From Candidatus Staskawiczbacteria bacterium (GTDB lineage: Bacteria; Patescibacteriota; Minisyncoccia; Minisyncoccales; Staskawiczbacteraceae), in NCBI GenBank assembly GCA_041661545.1, contig JBAZUH010000001.1, forward strand, positions 211,877 through 275,876: DNA of 64,000 nt. Direction: 5' to 3'. The notes under the pieces were generated by a model that did not search any database, was not told the DNA's origin, and saw only the letters and a program-made list of their open reading frames with translations. Positions 1 through 9,418 of this stretch are shown one piece after another; the first letter of the stretch is position 1; each line of letters opens with the position of its first letter. Both the position numbers and the translations under genes were made by a program.

Positions 1-631
1 CATTACTTTTAATATCAAAAAGATTTTTATAATGATCTTCTGAATATACTCCAAAATCTTGCCTGTCTTTGGTTTTGCCTAATAATTTGTAAAAATCAGC
101 GGAATATTCATTAAGTTCTTTTATTTTAACTCCAGATTTTCTGGCTCTAATAATATTATGTCTAGTTGTGCTGCTAAATTCTTTTAAAAGCTCTTCCTCT
201 GTTTTTTTAAGGTCAATGAGTAGGGTTTTTTGTGGTTGTATTCTTCTTAATGATATATTATTTTTATATTGAGAGATACTTCCTAAAGAAACCAAAGGCT
301 CTATTCTTAAAAAAATGCACTTTTCTTTTTTAGCTAGTTTTTGTATTTTTTTTATTAAGGTGTCTACGGCAGATTTTTTTTCTGAATCATCTATGTTTTT
401 AATAAAAATTGGACCAAATGGAATGTAAAAATAATTTTTTGAAAAAGACGATTCTTTAAAAACTTGAACCTGCAATAATGTTTCTTCTTTTTCTATAATT
501 CTAATTCTAAAAATATTTACGTCAGATTTTTTTTGAAATTCTCCCCAATCAAATGATTGCAAAAAATTACCATTATTTTGCAGAACAAAATCATCCCACT
601 CTTTTTTTTCGTTATAAAATATCGCCTCCAT
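1..631 (-). CDS. FemAB-family peptidoglycan interpeptide-bridge aminoacyltransferase, N-terminal part (3' end beyond window)
   Basis: Absent from the ORF track because it runs off the window edge. Hand translation from ATG at 631-629 gives MEAIFYNEKKEWDDFVLQNNGNFLQSFDWGEFQKK...STTRHNIIRARKSGVKIKE, which is FemAB/MurM-like. The ATG overlaps the stop of the upstream gene (TAATG). Confidence 0.6.
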   Translation of the reverse strand, partial: MEAIFYNEKKEWDDFVLQNNGNFLQSFDWGEFQKKSDVNIFRIRIIEKEETLLQVQVFKESSFSKNYFYIPFGPIFIKNIDDSEKKSAVDTLIKKIQKLAKKEKCIFLRIEPLVSLGSISQYKNNISLRRIQPQKTLLIDLKKTEEELLKEFSSTTRHNIIRARKSGVKIKELNEYSADFYKLLGKTKDRQDFGVYSEDHYKNLFDIKSN

Positions 632-1398
632 TAAATATTATTTATTATTTTTTCAGCTAAAAGCTCTGGGCATTCTTTGTTTAGAGCGTGGCCAGCACCA
701 TTAATTATAACCAGCTTTGCGTTTTTAATTTTTTTACTCATAAAATGGGCGTCTTCTATTGGCGTTGCGTTATCTTTATCACCCCAAATAATAATAGTTG
801 GGGTTCTAATAAAGCCCGTAAATTGAGCCAAATCTTCAGAAATAACGTTTTTATATGTTTCTTTCATAGAATTATCTACATGCATATAGTCACTTTTTCT
901 AATAATAAACTTATAAAAAGCTTTTCTGAATAACCCATAAAAAGGCAAAAAAGAAAATTTATTAACTATTTTAGCAATATTTTTTAGCACTTTTTTTTGG
1001 GTTGTTTTGGGTCTAACAGAAGCTGCAGCTATTAAAAAAAGCTTTTTTACATCTTGGGGGTGTTTTATAGCTAGCTTAACTGCTAAGGCTCCGCCAAAAG
1101 AATGGCCAGCTAAATAAAATTCTGTAAGATTTATTTCTTTTATAAAATCTTCTGCCCACTTCATATAATTGTTATTATTCCATGTTCCAGGCAGAGCACT
1201 AGAATCTCCAAACCCTGGCAAATCAGGCACGATAACTTTATAGCCCTTTTCAGCAATTTTTTCGGCAACCAAAGACCACCTATCAATTTTTGAACCCCAG
1301 CCATGTAAAATTAAAAATGGAGTACCTTCTCCCCCGCCTGCCGGCGAGGCAGGAAAAGTTTGGTAATTTGTTTTAAGCCCATTAACTGTTATTTCCAT
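631..1398 (-). CDS. alpha/beta-fold hydrolase
   Basis: 255-aa ORF with HGWGS, a GHSFGG nucleophile elbow and a C-terminal GAGH. It carries the in-frame GC-rich repeat at 1331-1353 (encodes ASPAGGGEG). Confidence 0.8.
   Translation of the reverse strand: MEITVNGLKTNYQTFPASPAGGGEGTPFLILHGWGSKIDRWSLVAEKIAEKGYKVIVPDLPGFGDSSALPGTWNNNNYMKWAEDFIKEINLTEFYLAGHSFGGALAVKLAIKHPQDVKKLFLIAAASVRPKTTQKKVLKNIAKIVNKFSFLPFYGLFRKAFYKFIIRKSDYMHVDNSMKETYKNVISEDLAQFTGFIRTPTIIIWGDKDNATPIEDAHFMSKKIKNAKLVIINGAGHALNKECPELLAEKIINNI
1331..1353 (+). repeat. GC-rich palindromic repeat inside a CDS (cccccgcctgccggcgaggcagg)
   Basis: cctgcc/ggcagg and cgcc/ggcg stems. It is an isolated GC patch in AT-rich coding sequence and is related to the cores at 40867, 24557 and 5889. 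Confidence 0.6.
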
Positions 1399-1407
1399 TG
1401 AATTTTT

Positions 1408-2658
1408 TTATTTACTGATTTTTTTAATTTTGCAATATTTTTGCAATATTTTTGGAACTTTTATTGAGCCGTCTTTTTGTTGATAATTTTCCATTATCAT
1501 TATTAAAATTCTTCCAATTGCAAAAGCTGTTCCGTTTAAAGTATGAACAAAATTAATTTTTCCTGCTTTATCACGATATCGTATATTTAATCTTCTTGCT
1601 TGAAAATCTGTACAATTTGAACAAGAATGCGTTTCTCTGTATTGTTTTTCTGAAGGCAACCATGTTTCAATGTCATATTTTTTTGCAGCTGGTCTTCCTA
1701 AATCTCCTGTGCAAATATTTATTAATTGATATGGTAATCCAAGAAGCTTCATCAACTTTTCTTCAATAGATAAAATTAATTCATGTTCTTTTTTAGAATC
1801 TTCTGGTTTAGAAAATACAACCATTTCTAACTTATCAAATTGATGAACTCTTAAAATTCCTTTTGTGTCTTTTCCATAACTACCCGCTTCCCTTCTAAAA
1901 CAAGTTGAATAACCAATATATCTTAATGGTAAATATTTTTCTTCTAAAATTTCATTTGTATGCATAGAAACAAGCGATTGTTCTGAAGTTCCAGCTAAAT
2001 ACATTTTATCTTCTGCTAAATAATAGGCTTCTTTTTCATCTGTGGCTTCAAAATAACCAGTGCCTCGCGCCATTTCTTCTTTTAATAAAACAGGTGGAAT
2101 TATGGGTACAAAACCTTGTTTTGTTACTATGTCCATAACCAAACTAATTAAAGCAAATTGAAGCAATGGTAATTCATTTTTTAAATATCCAAAGCGAGAT
2201 CCAGCAATTTTGCTAGCTCTTTCTGTGTCTATTAAGTCTAGGCTTTCTCCCAACTCCATGTAATCCTTTGGTTTTGCAAAAACCCAAATAGGCTTATGCC
2301 CTACATGCCTTAAAACAACATTTTCAGAGTCATCTTTTCCAATTGGAACATCTTCAAACGGAATATTTGGTAATTGTAAAAGCAAAATCTTTAATTCTGC
2401 ATCAATTTTTTCAAGTTCTGGTTCTATTTCTTTTATTTTAGATTTTATTTCTTTAGCTTGAACAAAAATCTCCTTATTTTCTGCCCCACCTCTGCTAATT
2501 TTGTTTTGTTCGGCTTTTAATGTTTCTATTTCTGTTAATAATTCTCTTTTGCCTTTGTCTAAAGCCAAAACTCTATCAACATCAACGTTGATATTTTTAT
2601 CTTTGCAAGCTTTTTTTACTATTTCACTATTTTCTCTAATAAAATTTAAATCTAACAT
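1408..2658 (-). CDS. serS: seryl-tRNA synthetase
   Basis: 416-aa ORF with an N-terminal coiled-coil arm and class II core motifs (FRREAGS, GTAFAIGR). Confidence 0.95.
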   Translation of the reverse strand: MLDLNFIRENSEIVKKACKDKNINVDVDRVLALDKGKRELLTEIETLKAEQNKISRGGAENKEIFVQAKEIKSKIKEIEPELEKIDAELKILLLQLPNIPFEDVPIGKDDSENVVLRHVGHKPIWVFAKPKDYMELGESLDLIDTERASKIAGSRFGYLKNELPLLQFALISLVMDIVTKQGFVPIIPPVLLKEEMARGTGYFEATDEKEAYYLAEDKMYLAGTSEQSLVSMHTNEILEEKYLPLRYIGYSTCFRREAGSYGKDTKGILRVHQFDKLEMVVFSKPEDSKKEHELILSIEEKLMKLLGLPYQLINICTGDLGRPAAKKYDIETWLPSEKQYRETHSCSNCTDFQARRLNIRYRDKAGKINFVHTLNGTAFAIGRILIMIMENYQQKDGSIKVPKILQKYCKIKKISK

Positions 2659-2683
2659 ATTTTTTATTTATTAATATATGCTC

Positions 2684-3415
2684 TTAGTCCTCAATTCCCC
2701 AAATTTTTAAAACTCTTCTCTTCCACAATATTCGTCTTTTATTGCGAATATTTTCAGATTCAGGATATTTTAATGCTGGGATTCTTTCCCCCTTTTTTCC
2801 TAAATTCATAGAATCTGTCATGGTCAACCTGTCGACCAACACGTCCATGGCCCATTTTTGTTTTTGTTTCGGCATTTTTTTGAGTTCGGCTGAAATTTGC
2901 GCCCTATATTGCTTAATTTTATCACCAGTAACCATCTCAGACATTTCGGCGATGGGCGATGTGGGAAATGAGAGCTCGTCTCCTTTTAAAAAAGCACGTA
3001 TGTCGCGCTTAATTGCGTCTATATCTACATTTACGATCCAAACTTCAATTTTAGTCCCATTTTTTTCATGATTCTCTCTGCAAAAATACTCAATAGCCCG
3101 ATTAAACGCATCGTTCTCTGCAACGTCATTCACTTTCGAAAGGTCGCGTAACACATTGATATCAATATCAGAGGATTTCAAATTATATCCATTTACACTT
3201 GACCCATAAGGTGATACACCAATAAACGCTCCGTATTCAGATAAAAATTTATCAAAATCTTTTATAATTTCTAATCTCTTCCAATTTGGTTCACCCTCAA
3301 CATCTCTTGGTGAATATAGTTTAGTTTCCACTCTTCTTTTTTGGAGATCTACATCGTCGTCGATTATCTCTGGCACGAGTTCATCCTCTTTATTTTTTGG
3401 TTCCCTGGGTTCCAT
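2684..3415 (-). CDS. nucleotidyltransferase-domain protein (Pol-beta superfamily)
   Basis: 243-aa ORF. YGSSVNGYNLKSSDIDINV fits the G-S-x(n)-D-x-D NTase signature. Confidence 0.55.
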   Translation of the reverse strand: MEPREPKNKEDELVPEIIDDDVDLQKRRVETKLYSPRDVEGEPNWKRLEIIKDFDKFLSEYGAFIGVSPYGSSVNGYNLKSSDIDINVLRDLSKVNDVAENDAFNRAIEYFCRENHEKNGTKIEVWIVNVDIDAIKRDIRAFLKGDELSFPTSPIAEMSEMVTGDKIKQYRAQISAELKKMPKQKQKWAMDVLVDRLTMTDSMNLGKKGERIPALKYPESENIRNKRRILWKRRVLKIWGIED

Positions 3416-3420
3416 ATTTT

Positions 3421-4884
3421 TTATTGTTTAGGTTTCATTAATGGGAATATTTGGCACTCGCGGGCTGGTTTATCCATTAAAAAGGAAAACAATCTTTCAG
3501 ACACTCCAAATCCGCATGTTGGTGGCATGCCATGCTCTAAAGCCTCAACAAAATCTTTATCATACATTTGCGCTTCATCGTCTCCTGCGTCTCTTAAATT
3601 TTGCTGTTCTTGAAATCTTTCTGCTTGGTCAATTGGGTCGTTAAGCTCAGAATAACCTTTGCCATTTTCTGAACCAGCTAAAATTACTTGAAATCTTTGA
3701 ACAAGTTTAGGATTTTTTTCCATTCTTTTTGCTAAAGGCTCCATTATAATTGGAACATTTATTAAAAACCCAGGACCAGATATATTTTTTCTACAATATT
3801 TCCATAAATTATCTATTGCCCTTGTAATATTAAACCCCTTTTTGTCGTAATTAATTTTTAATTTCTGCAAAGCTTTTTCTATTTCTGGCAGGGTGGCTTC
3901 ATTTATATTTACACCGGTATATTTAGCAATAGTTGACATATAGTCATATTTTTCCCATTTTTTTCCTAAATCAATATCAAATTCTTTAATTTTAAATTTT
4001 AAAGTTCCAAAAGTTTTTTTAGCAACATATTTATACATTTCTTCTACAAGTTCCATTCCTTTTTCATAATCAGCATATGCCCAGTAAAATTCCATTTGAG
4101 TATAATCTTGCAAGTGTTCTGCGTCCATGCCTTCATTTCTAAATTGTCTGCCAATCTCAAAAGTTTTTTCAAAACCAGCAACCATTAATTTTTTTTGCCA
4201 AAGTTCGCCCATAGAAATCCTTAAATAAACGTCTAAATCTAAGGCGTTATGATGAGTTAAAAATGGCCTGGCATCTGCTCCACCAGGAGTTGTTTCTAAA
4301 ACCGGTGTTTCTACCTCTAAAAATTGTTTTTCAACTAAAAATTCTCTCATAGAAGCCCAGAAAACTGTTCTTTTTTTAACCATTTCTTTTACTTCTGGAT
4401 TGAAAATAATGTCTAAATACCTTTTTCTTAAACATTCTTCAACATCAGTAATTCCGCACCATTTATCTGGTAGTGGCAAAAGTGCCTTTGAGAGCATTTT
4501 ATAATCTTCTGCTATAATACTTTTTTCTCCTCGTTTAGTTGTAAATAATTTTCCTTTTATTTCTACAAAATCTCCTATATCAAAAACATCTAAGAAGAAT
4601 TGATAACCTTTTTCACCCAACTTATCTATTTTTATTAATCCTTGAATTTTAGCAGAGCCGTCATTTATATCTATAAAGGTTGCACCGCCATGCCCTCGCA
4701 TTGCCATAATTCTTCCTGATAAAACATAATCTTTTTTAGTTTTAAAGAATTTATTAAATTGCGCCAAAGCCTCTGCCACAGAATGAGTTCTGTTTGTTTT
4801 TGCAGGATATGCTAAAAGCCCGGCTGTTTGTAGCTTTTTTAATTTGTTTATTCTTGTTTGTCGTAGCTCTTCAATTGTAGGCAT
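3421..4884 (-). CDS. lysS: lysyl-tRNA synthetase, class II
   Basis: 487-aa ORF with an OB anticodon-binding N-terminus and a class II core (FRNEG, GGFGVSERL-type C-terminus). Confidence 0.95.
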   Translation of the reverse strand: MPTIEELRQTRINKLKKLQTAGLLAYPAKTNRTHSVAEALAQFNKFFKTKKDYVLSGRIMAMRGHGGATFIDINDGSAKIQGLIKIDKLGEKGYQFFLDVFDIGDFVEIKGKLFTTKRGEKSIIAEDYKMLSKALLPLPDKWCGITDVEECLRKRYLDIIFNPEVKEMVKKRTVFWASMREFLVEKQFLEVETPVLETTPGGADARPFLTHHNALDLDVYLRISMGELWQKKLMVAGFEKTFEIGRQFRNEGMDAEHLQDYTQMEFYWAYADYEKGMELVEEMYKYVAKKTFGTLKFKIKEFDIDLGKKWEKYDYMSTIAKYTGVNINEATLPEIEKALQKLKINYDKKGFNITRAIDNLWKYCRKNISGPGFLINVPIIMEPLAKRMEKNPKLVQRFQVILAGSENGKGYSELNDPIDQAERFQEQQNLRDAGDDEAQMYDKDFVEALEHGMPPTCGFGVSERLFSFLMDKPARECQIFPLMKPKQ

Positions 4885-4977
4885 ATTTATAAATTTAAAA
4901 GTTTAAATTACTTTATTCTACCAAAATTATAATATACAGTAAACCCCGTTAAAAATGATTTCTAACGGGGCAAGCAG

Positions 4978-5006
4978 TTGACGTTATTTTATCAACATGA
5001 TATTGT
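4978..5006 (+). promoter_or_regulatory. sigma70-type promoter of GC-rich cassette 1
   Basis: TTGACG, 17 nt, TATTGT, preceded by aTGa (extended -10). Same architecture as the rnpB promoter at 53423. Confidence 0.5.
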
Positions 5007-5042
5007 TTTAATATGTAACTTGAAAATTAGCGAACCAGCACC

Positions 5043-5240
5043 ATGAAAACAACATATACCCAAAGAACGGTTAAGCTTAGTAACAGGCACCGGGGGTCCA
5101 AATATGCGCCCAAATGGTTTATCAGGAAGCTGAAGAGGCTTAAAGAAAAGGGCTGGGTGCAAATCGCTCACCGCTCGGGACGTCTTAAGAATTTCGTCTA
5201 CGTAGTTCTTCAAAGACCAAAATGTCGTAGAACTGGTTGA
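5043..5240 (+). CDS. hypothetical small basic protein (cassette 1)
   Basis: 65-aa ORF in a GC-rich segment. KLKRLKEKGW resembles RKRLEELEKLGW of the next ORF, suggesting paralogy and a possible winged-helix fold. TGA stop. Confidence 0.45.
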   Translation: MKTTYTQRTVKLSNRHRGSKYAPKWFIRKLKRLKEKGWVQIAHRSGRLKNFVYVVLQRPKCRRTG

Positions 5241-5243
5241 AAT

Positions 5244-5576
5244 ATGAAAAAAGCGAATACAGCAATTCAGAACTATATTTCTGACAGGACACTTGCCTGT
5301 GTCCGTAAGCGTCTAGAAGAGTTAGAAAAATTGGGCTGGCGCATTCACCATTATTCGATCTGGGGCCCTAAAGGACTTGTCATTGTATTCCATCGCCTAG
5401 CTACTTACTTGTTTCCTTCTGCAAAGATAGAAAGATGTGTCTGCCTTAACGACTTTCCAGAATGGCGTGACCTGATTGTTCGACTTGCAAGTCGCGGTTG
5501 GAGATTTCTGTCTTTCCAAAGTAGCTCTTCTCCCAAGGCTCCTTACAGATTTCGCCAGCTAATCGAAAAAGGCTAG
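5244..5576 (+). CDS. hypothetical protein (cassette 1)
   Basis: 110-aa ORF starting 4 nt after the previous stop, with GC-rich composition. Confidence 0.5.
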   Translation: MKKANTAIQNYISDRTLACVRKRLEELEKLGWRIHHYSIWGPKGLVIVFHRLATYLFPSAKIERCVCLNDFPEWRDLIVRLASRGWRFLSFQSSSSPKAPYRFRQLIEKG

Positions 5577-5678
5577 AACAACTGCCATGATTTGCTTTAA
5601 TTACTGGTTTTTATTCCCTCGGCTTGGAAAGAGTCACTTCATCAAACGGAAGAAAGTTGATAAGAAAGACAAGACGTC

Positions 5679-5840
5679 ATGCCCACACTTGTAACTATTG
5701 CTGTTTGGATTTTGGCCCTGATAGTCTCTTTCAATGTGTCTAGGGGCGTTAACATAGTTGTTTTTATTGTTGCTTCGATTATCACACTTGCTATTGCATG
5801 CAAGGCTGAAAAGCAATCTTCAAAAAGGACGCCTAAATAG
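5679..5840 (+). CDS. small two-TM membrane protein (cassette 1), not in ORF track
   Basis: Hand translation gives MPTLVTIAVWILALIVSFNVSRGVNIVVFIVASIITLAIACKAEKQSSKRTPK (53 aa), followed directly by a terminator. Confidence 0.45.
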   Translation: MPTLVTIAVWILALIVSFNVSRGVNIVVFIVASIITLAIACKAEKQSSKRTPK

Positions 5841-5854
5841 CGTTCTCTTTTTTT
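5827..5854 (+). terminator. intrinsic terminator of cassette 1
   Basis: ggacgc/gcgttc stem followed by tcttttttt. Confidence 0.6.
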
Positions 5855-5926
5855 GAGTGCGAAATATATTTTCATTAATCGCACGAAACCCCGCCGAAGC
5901 CTTGGCGAAGGCAGGTGCAGTAATTT
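5855..5926 (+). repeat. F element copy A (about 72-nt structured repeat)
   Basis: gagtgcgaaatatattttcattaatcgcacgaaaccccgccgaagccttggcgaaggcaggtgcagtaattt. It matches the reverse complement of 9297-9370 except for a few substitutions and one indel, and abuts the mrdA stop codon. Confidence 0.85.
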
Positions 5927-5927
5927 G

Positions 5928-7859
5928 CTATTTCTCCGTAAAATACCAATTTAAAACGTCTTTAGCTACATTTAATGTGACAACTCCAAAACTATTTACA
6001 CTTTCAACTGTAACAACTAAAACAATTTCGGGATTTTCATATGGAGCAAAAACCGATGACCAAACATTATACGCATCTTTTTTGCCTATTTCGGCGGTTC
6101 CTGTTTTTGCACCCGAAGAAACTGGAAGACTCCTTAAAACCGATGATATGCCATAATCTTCTTTAACGCCATCTCGCATGCCCTCCCTAACTATTTGTAT
6201 GTTTTCTGCATCAATAAAATTACTTCTTATAATTTGTGGTTCAAATTGTTTAACTAGTTGGTTTGAATCTGCAGAAACAACTTTATTTACAATTTGTGGT
6301 TTATATAATGTTCCGCCATTGGCAATTGCACAATAAGCCGATGCAACCTGCAAAGGAGTTGTTTGCAAATCTGACTGACCAATTGCAAGGTTATAAGTAT
6401 CTCCATCCCACCATGGTTCACCTTTTACTGTTTTTTTCCATGTTGGATCAGGAATAAACCCAGAAAATTCTCCTGGCAAATCTATGCCAGTTTTTTGATC
6501 CCAACCAAAAAGTGATAAATATTGTTTAATTTTTGTGGGACCCAGTCCTTGCTGACCCTCATAACCACCGCCCACAACATAAAAATAAATGTTAGAAGAA
6601 ACTGCTATTGCTTCTCTCATATCAACCCAACCATGTGGTTTTACTCCCCCATATCTATAAGCTACATTTGGATCGTATTTACTACGAACCAAAATATAAC
6701 CGGGGTCATTTATTTTTTTATCTGGTGAAATTATTTTTTCTTGAAGAGCTGCGGCAGCTTCAAACGGTTTTATTGTAGACCCTGTAGGATATTTTGCTGA
6801 AATAGCTCTATTAAAAAATGGCTGAGATGGGTCGTTTATAATTTTGCTATATTCTTCTTGAGATATGCCTCCAGAAAAGGCATTGTCATCATAAGCTGGA
6901 TAAGAAACTAGTGCTAAAACAGCTCCTGTTCGTGGATCCATTGCAACTGCAGCCCCCTTTTTACCTCCCATTTTTTTTATACTATCAGCCAGAGAATTAT
7001 AAATTCTTGTTTGCAGTTCTGCGTCTATATTAAGAACTAAATTATTGCCCGGAATAGATGGCACAGATATTTGTTTTTCATCTTGTGCATATGCTTGAGC
7101 GGGTTTTAAATTTATTAGTTTAGATTGACCTGGAGTTCCTCTTAAATAACTCTCGTAATATTTTTCTAAACCTGTTTTTCCAATGTAATCATTTATAGAA
7201 TAGCCCCTGCTATCAGAATACTCATCTTTGTTAATTCTGGCTGTATAACCTAAAACTTGAGAAAAAATTGGGCCTAAAACATATTCTCTTGAAGTGTTTT
7301 GTTGAATTCTACAACCTTTTAAATCTTCTATTTTTGTTTCTAGCAATAAAAGTTTTTCGTGGCTCATACTATCTACTAATAAAACATCCGATGATTCTGT
7401 TTTTTGAATTTTATCTAATATTTCGTAGCTACTTATGCCAACAATATTAGAAATATCGTCAATTTCTTGATTAATTGCATTTGAAGACACCGAAAAATAG
7501 GCTCTATCACAAATTAGGTCGTATGCTGGAGAGTTTAAAACAAGTTTTTTCATATTCTTGTCGTAAACTATTCCTCTTATAGGAACAATTAAATTAACAC
7601 TGCCTTTATTGTTTTCTGCTTGCGTGTGTAATTTTTTACCACTTATAATTTGCAAATAAAAAACTTTAGAAAATAATATAATTGCTAAAATAAAAAAAAT
7701 ACCAAACAATATGTGAGATATTCTTTCTTTTATAGGCACTTCAAATTTTTTTTCTGACAAACCAAGCTCTTCTTCTTTAGACTGAGCTAATTTATCCAAA
7801 AAAACCTCATGAGGTTCTATATCAACATTTGATTTTTTTATTTTGTAAATTTTAGCCAT
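5928..7859 (-). CDS. mrdA: penicillin-binding protein 2 (elongasome transpeptidase)
   Basis: 643-aa ORF with an N-terminal TM helix, STIKP (SxxK), SSN and KTGT motifs, and mreC-mreD-mrdA synteny. Confidence 0.9.
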   Translation of the reverse strand: MAKIYKIKKSNVDIEPHEVFLDKLAQSKEEELGLSEKKFEVPIKERISHILFGIFFILAIILFSKVFYLQIISGKKLHTQAENNKGSVNLIVPIRGIVYDKNMKKLVLNSPAYDLICDRAYFSVSSNAINQEIDDISNIVGISSYEILDKIQKTESSDVLLVDSMSHEKLLLLETKIEDLKGCRIQQNTSREYVLGPIFSQVLGYTARINKDEYSDSRGYSINDYIGKTGLEKYYESYLRGTPGQSKLINLKPAQAYAQDEKQISVPSIPGNNLVLNIDAELQTRIYNSLADSIKKMGGKKGAAVAMDPRTGAVLALVSYPAYDDNAFSGGISQEEYSKIINDPSQPFFNRAISAKYPTGSTIKPFEAAAALQEKIISPDKKINDPGYILVRSKYDPNVAYRYGGVKPHGWVDMREAIAVSSNIYFYVVGGGYEGQQGLGPTKIKQYLSLFGWDQKTGIDLPGEFSGFIPDPTWKKTVKGEPWWDGDTYNLAIGQSDLQTTPLQVASAYCAIANGGTLYKPQIVNKVVSADSNQLVKQFEPQIIRSNFIDAENIQIVREGMRDGVKEDYGISSVLRSLPVSSGAKTGTAEIGKKDAYNVWSSVFAPYENPEIVLVVTVESVNSFGVVTLNVAKDVLNWYFTEK

Positions 7860-8338
7860 CTTTTATAAATAAAGAAAAATGCAGTTGCAAAAATAGAGCT
7901 ATAAACTAAAGAATAAATAATATTTAATGATAAGTTAATAACCATTTTATTTGGATCTAAAAAGTATAAATATAGGTCTTTTAGCAAAATATACGCTAAT
8001 AAAAATATTACAAAAAGTGGTAAAAAATAAATAAATGGGTAAGATTCTGCGGTATTTTTTAGTGATGAAAGCACTTTTTTTAATAAAATGCTTAAAATTA
8101 TCAATAAAATAATAGAAGGACCTACATAAGTATAAGAAAAAATATCTATAAAAAAACCAGCTATTACAGCAAGCAAGATTACTTCCAATTTAGAGGGAGA
8201 GAAAAAAACTAGTAAAAAAAATAACGTAAAAACTAAATTAGGAGCAACTCCAAACAAGCTAAAGTGATTAAAAAAACTATTTTGCAATAATACAAAAATA
8301 TAAAAAATGAAAATTACGGGTACGATTTTTTTCCACAT
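7838..8338 (-). CDS. mreD: rod shape-determining protein MreD
   Basis: 166-aa polytopic membrane ORF between mreC and mrdA. It overlaps the mrdA start. Confidence 0.7.
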   Translation of the reverse strand: MWKKIVPVIFIFYIFVLLQNSFFNHFSLFGVAPNLVFTLFFLLVFFSPSKLEVILLAVIAGFFIDIFSYTYVGPSIILLIILSILLKKVLSSLKNTAESYPFIYFLPLFVIFLLAYILLKDLYLYFLDPNKMVINLSLNIIYSLVYSSIFATAFFFIYKRWLKFTK

Positions 8339-8341
8339 TTT

Positions 8342-9244
8342 TTAATTGTCTTTTTTATAATTTGTAATTACAAATACATTATCTGCATTTTTAACATCAA
8401 AAAACAAACTAATTTTTGCTTGTTGAAATGGTTTTTGGTCATTTTTTATATTTTGTGTAATTTTGCCTACTAGCAAGTCTTTGGGAAATGATTTTTCTAA
8501 TGAAGATGTTACTAAAACATCATCTGAATTTATTTCGCTATTTACTGGAATTAAGTCTAAATAAGCTGACAATGCCCCACTTCCTCTAATTACACCAGCA
8601 ATTTCAACTGTTTCTGGAGCTGGATCTGTAGACGTAGTTGTAGTTCCATCTGGATTAACGATAATTATTTCACTAGCAATATTTTGCTGTTGTACTTTAA
8701 CATTTATTACGCTATTTTTGTTTGATATAAGCATTATATCAGAAAAGTTTTTATAAACTTTAAAAACTTTTCCAACTAAAACATTTTGTTGATTTATTAC
8801 TGGCATTCCTATAGAAACGCCATCTACTGAACCTTTGCCTATAGAAAGAATATCTTTATCTAAGCCAATAACTCCTGCCATAACAAATTGAAACCCTGTA
8901 TTTTGACAAGATATAGAAACATCGCTTTGCGCTCTATTGCCCTGCTCTATAGATTGTAAAAATGCAACTTGATAAAGTAAATTTTGATTTTGTTTTTTTA
9001 AGTCTTCGTTTTCTTTTGTTAAGGATCCAGACTTGAGTAAAGAGCTTATCAAACCAGACGAAGATGTTCCAGCTGTCCAGAAAGTTTTTTGAATTGCACT
9101 AGATATTGTAAAAAAATAATTTCTAACTGGTGACACAAAAATATTTAAAATAATTAAAAATAATAAAATAGCACCCAAAATAATTAAAAATTTTGGCCAA
9201 TTTCTTTTCTTTTTATTTATTGAAAACTTGCTTATAGCATTCAT
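8342..9244 (-). CDS. mreC: rod shape-determining protein MreC
   Basis: 300-aa ORF with an N-terminal TM helix, a coiled coil (ENEDLKKQNQNLLYQVAFLQ) and beta-rich domains. Confidence 0.85.
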   Translation of the reverse strand: MNAISKFSINKKKRNWPKFLIILGAILLFLIILNIFVSPVRNYFFTISSAIQKTFWTAGTSSSGLISSLLKSGSLTKENEDLKKQNQNLLYQVAFLQSIEQGNRAQSDVSISCQNTGFQFVMAGVIGLDKDILSIGKGSVDGVSIGMPVINQQNVLVGKVFKVYKNFSDIMLISNKNSVINVKVQQQNIASEIIIVNPDGTTTTSTDPAPETVEIAGVIRGSGALSAYLDLIPVNSEINSDDVLVTSSLEKSFPKDLLVGKITQNIKNDQKPFQQAKISLFFDVKNADNVFVITNYKKDN

Positions 9245-9255
9245 AATTATATGTC

Positions 9256-9284
9256 ATTTTACCTTGTTAAAAGCCTGCGGTCAA
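9256..9284 (-). promoter_or_regulatory. mreC operon promoter (very short leader)
   Basis: Minus strand TTGACC, 17 nt, TAAAAT. The -10 element ends only 11 nt before the mreC ATG. Confidence 0.5.
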
Positions 9285-9296
9285 ATTTTATTCAGT

Positions 9297-9370
9297 AAAT
9301 TACTGCACCCGCCTTCGCCAAGGCTTCGGCGAGGTTTCGTGCGATTAATGAAAACATATATTTCGCACTC
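9297..9370 (-). repeat. F element copy B (inverted relative to copy A)
   Basis: The reverse complement reads gagtgcgaaatatatgttttcattaatcgcacgaaacctcgccgaagccttggcgaaggcgggtgcagtaattt. Confidence 0.85.
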
Positions 9371-9398
9371 AAAAAAAATGCCCACTTGGTTATTGGGC
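9371..9398 (-). terminator. intrinsic terminator of cassette 2
   Basis: Minus strand gccca...tgggc stem followed by a T8 run, directly followed by F copy B. Confidence 0.6.
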
Positions 9399-9418
9399 GC
9401 CTTCAAAAAGAAGACCTA

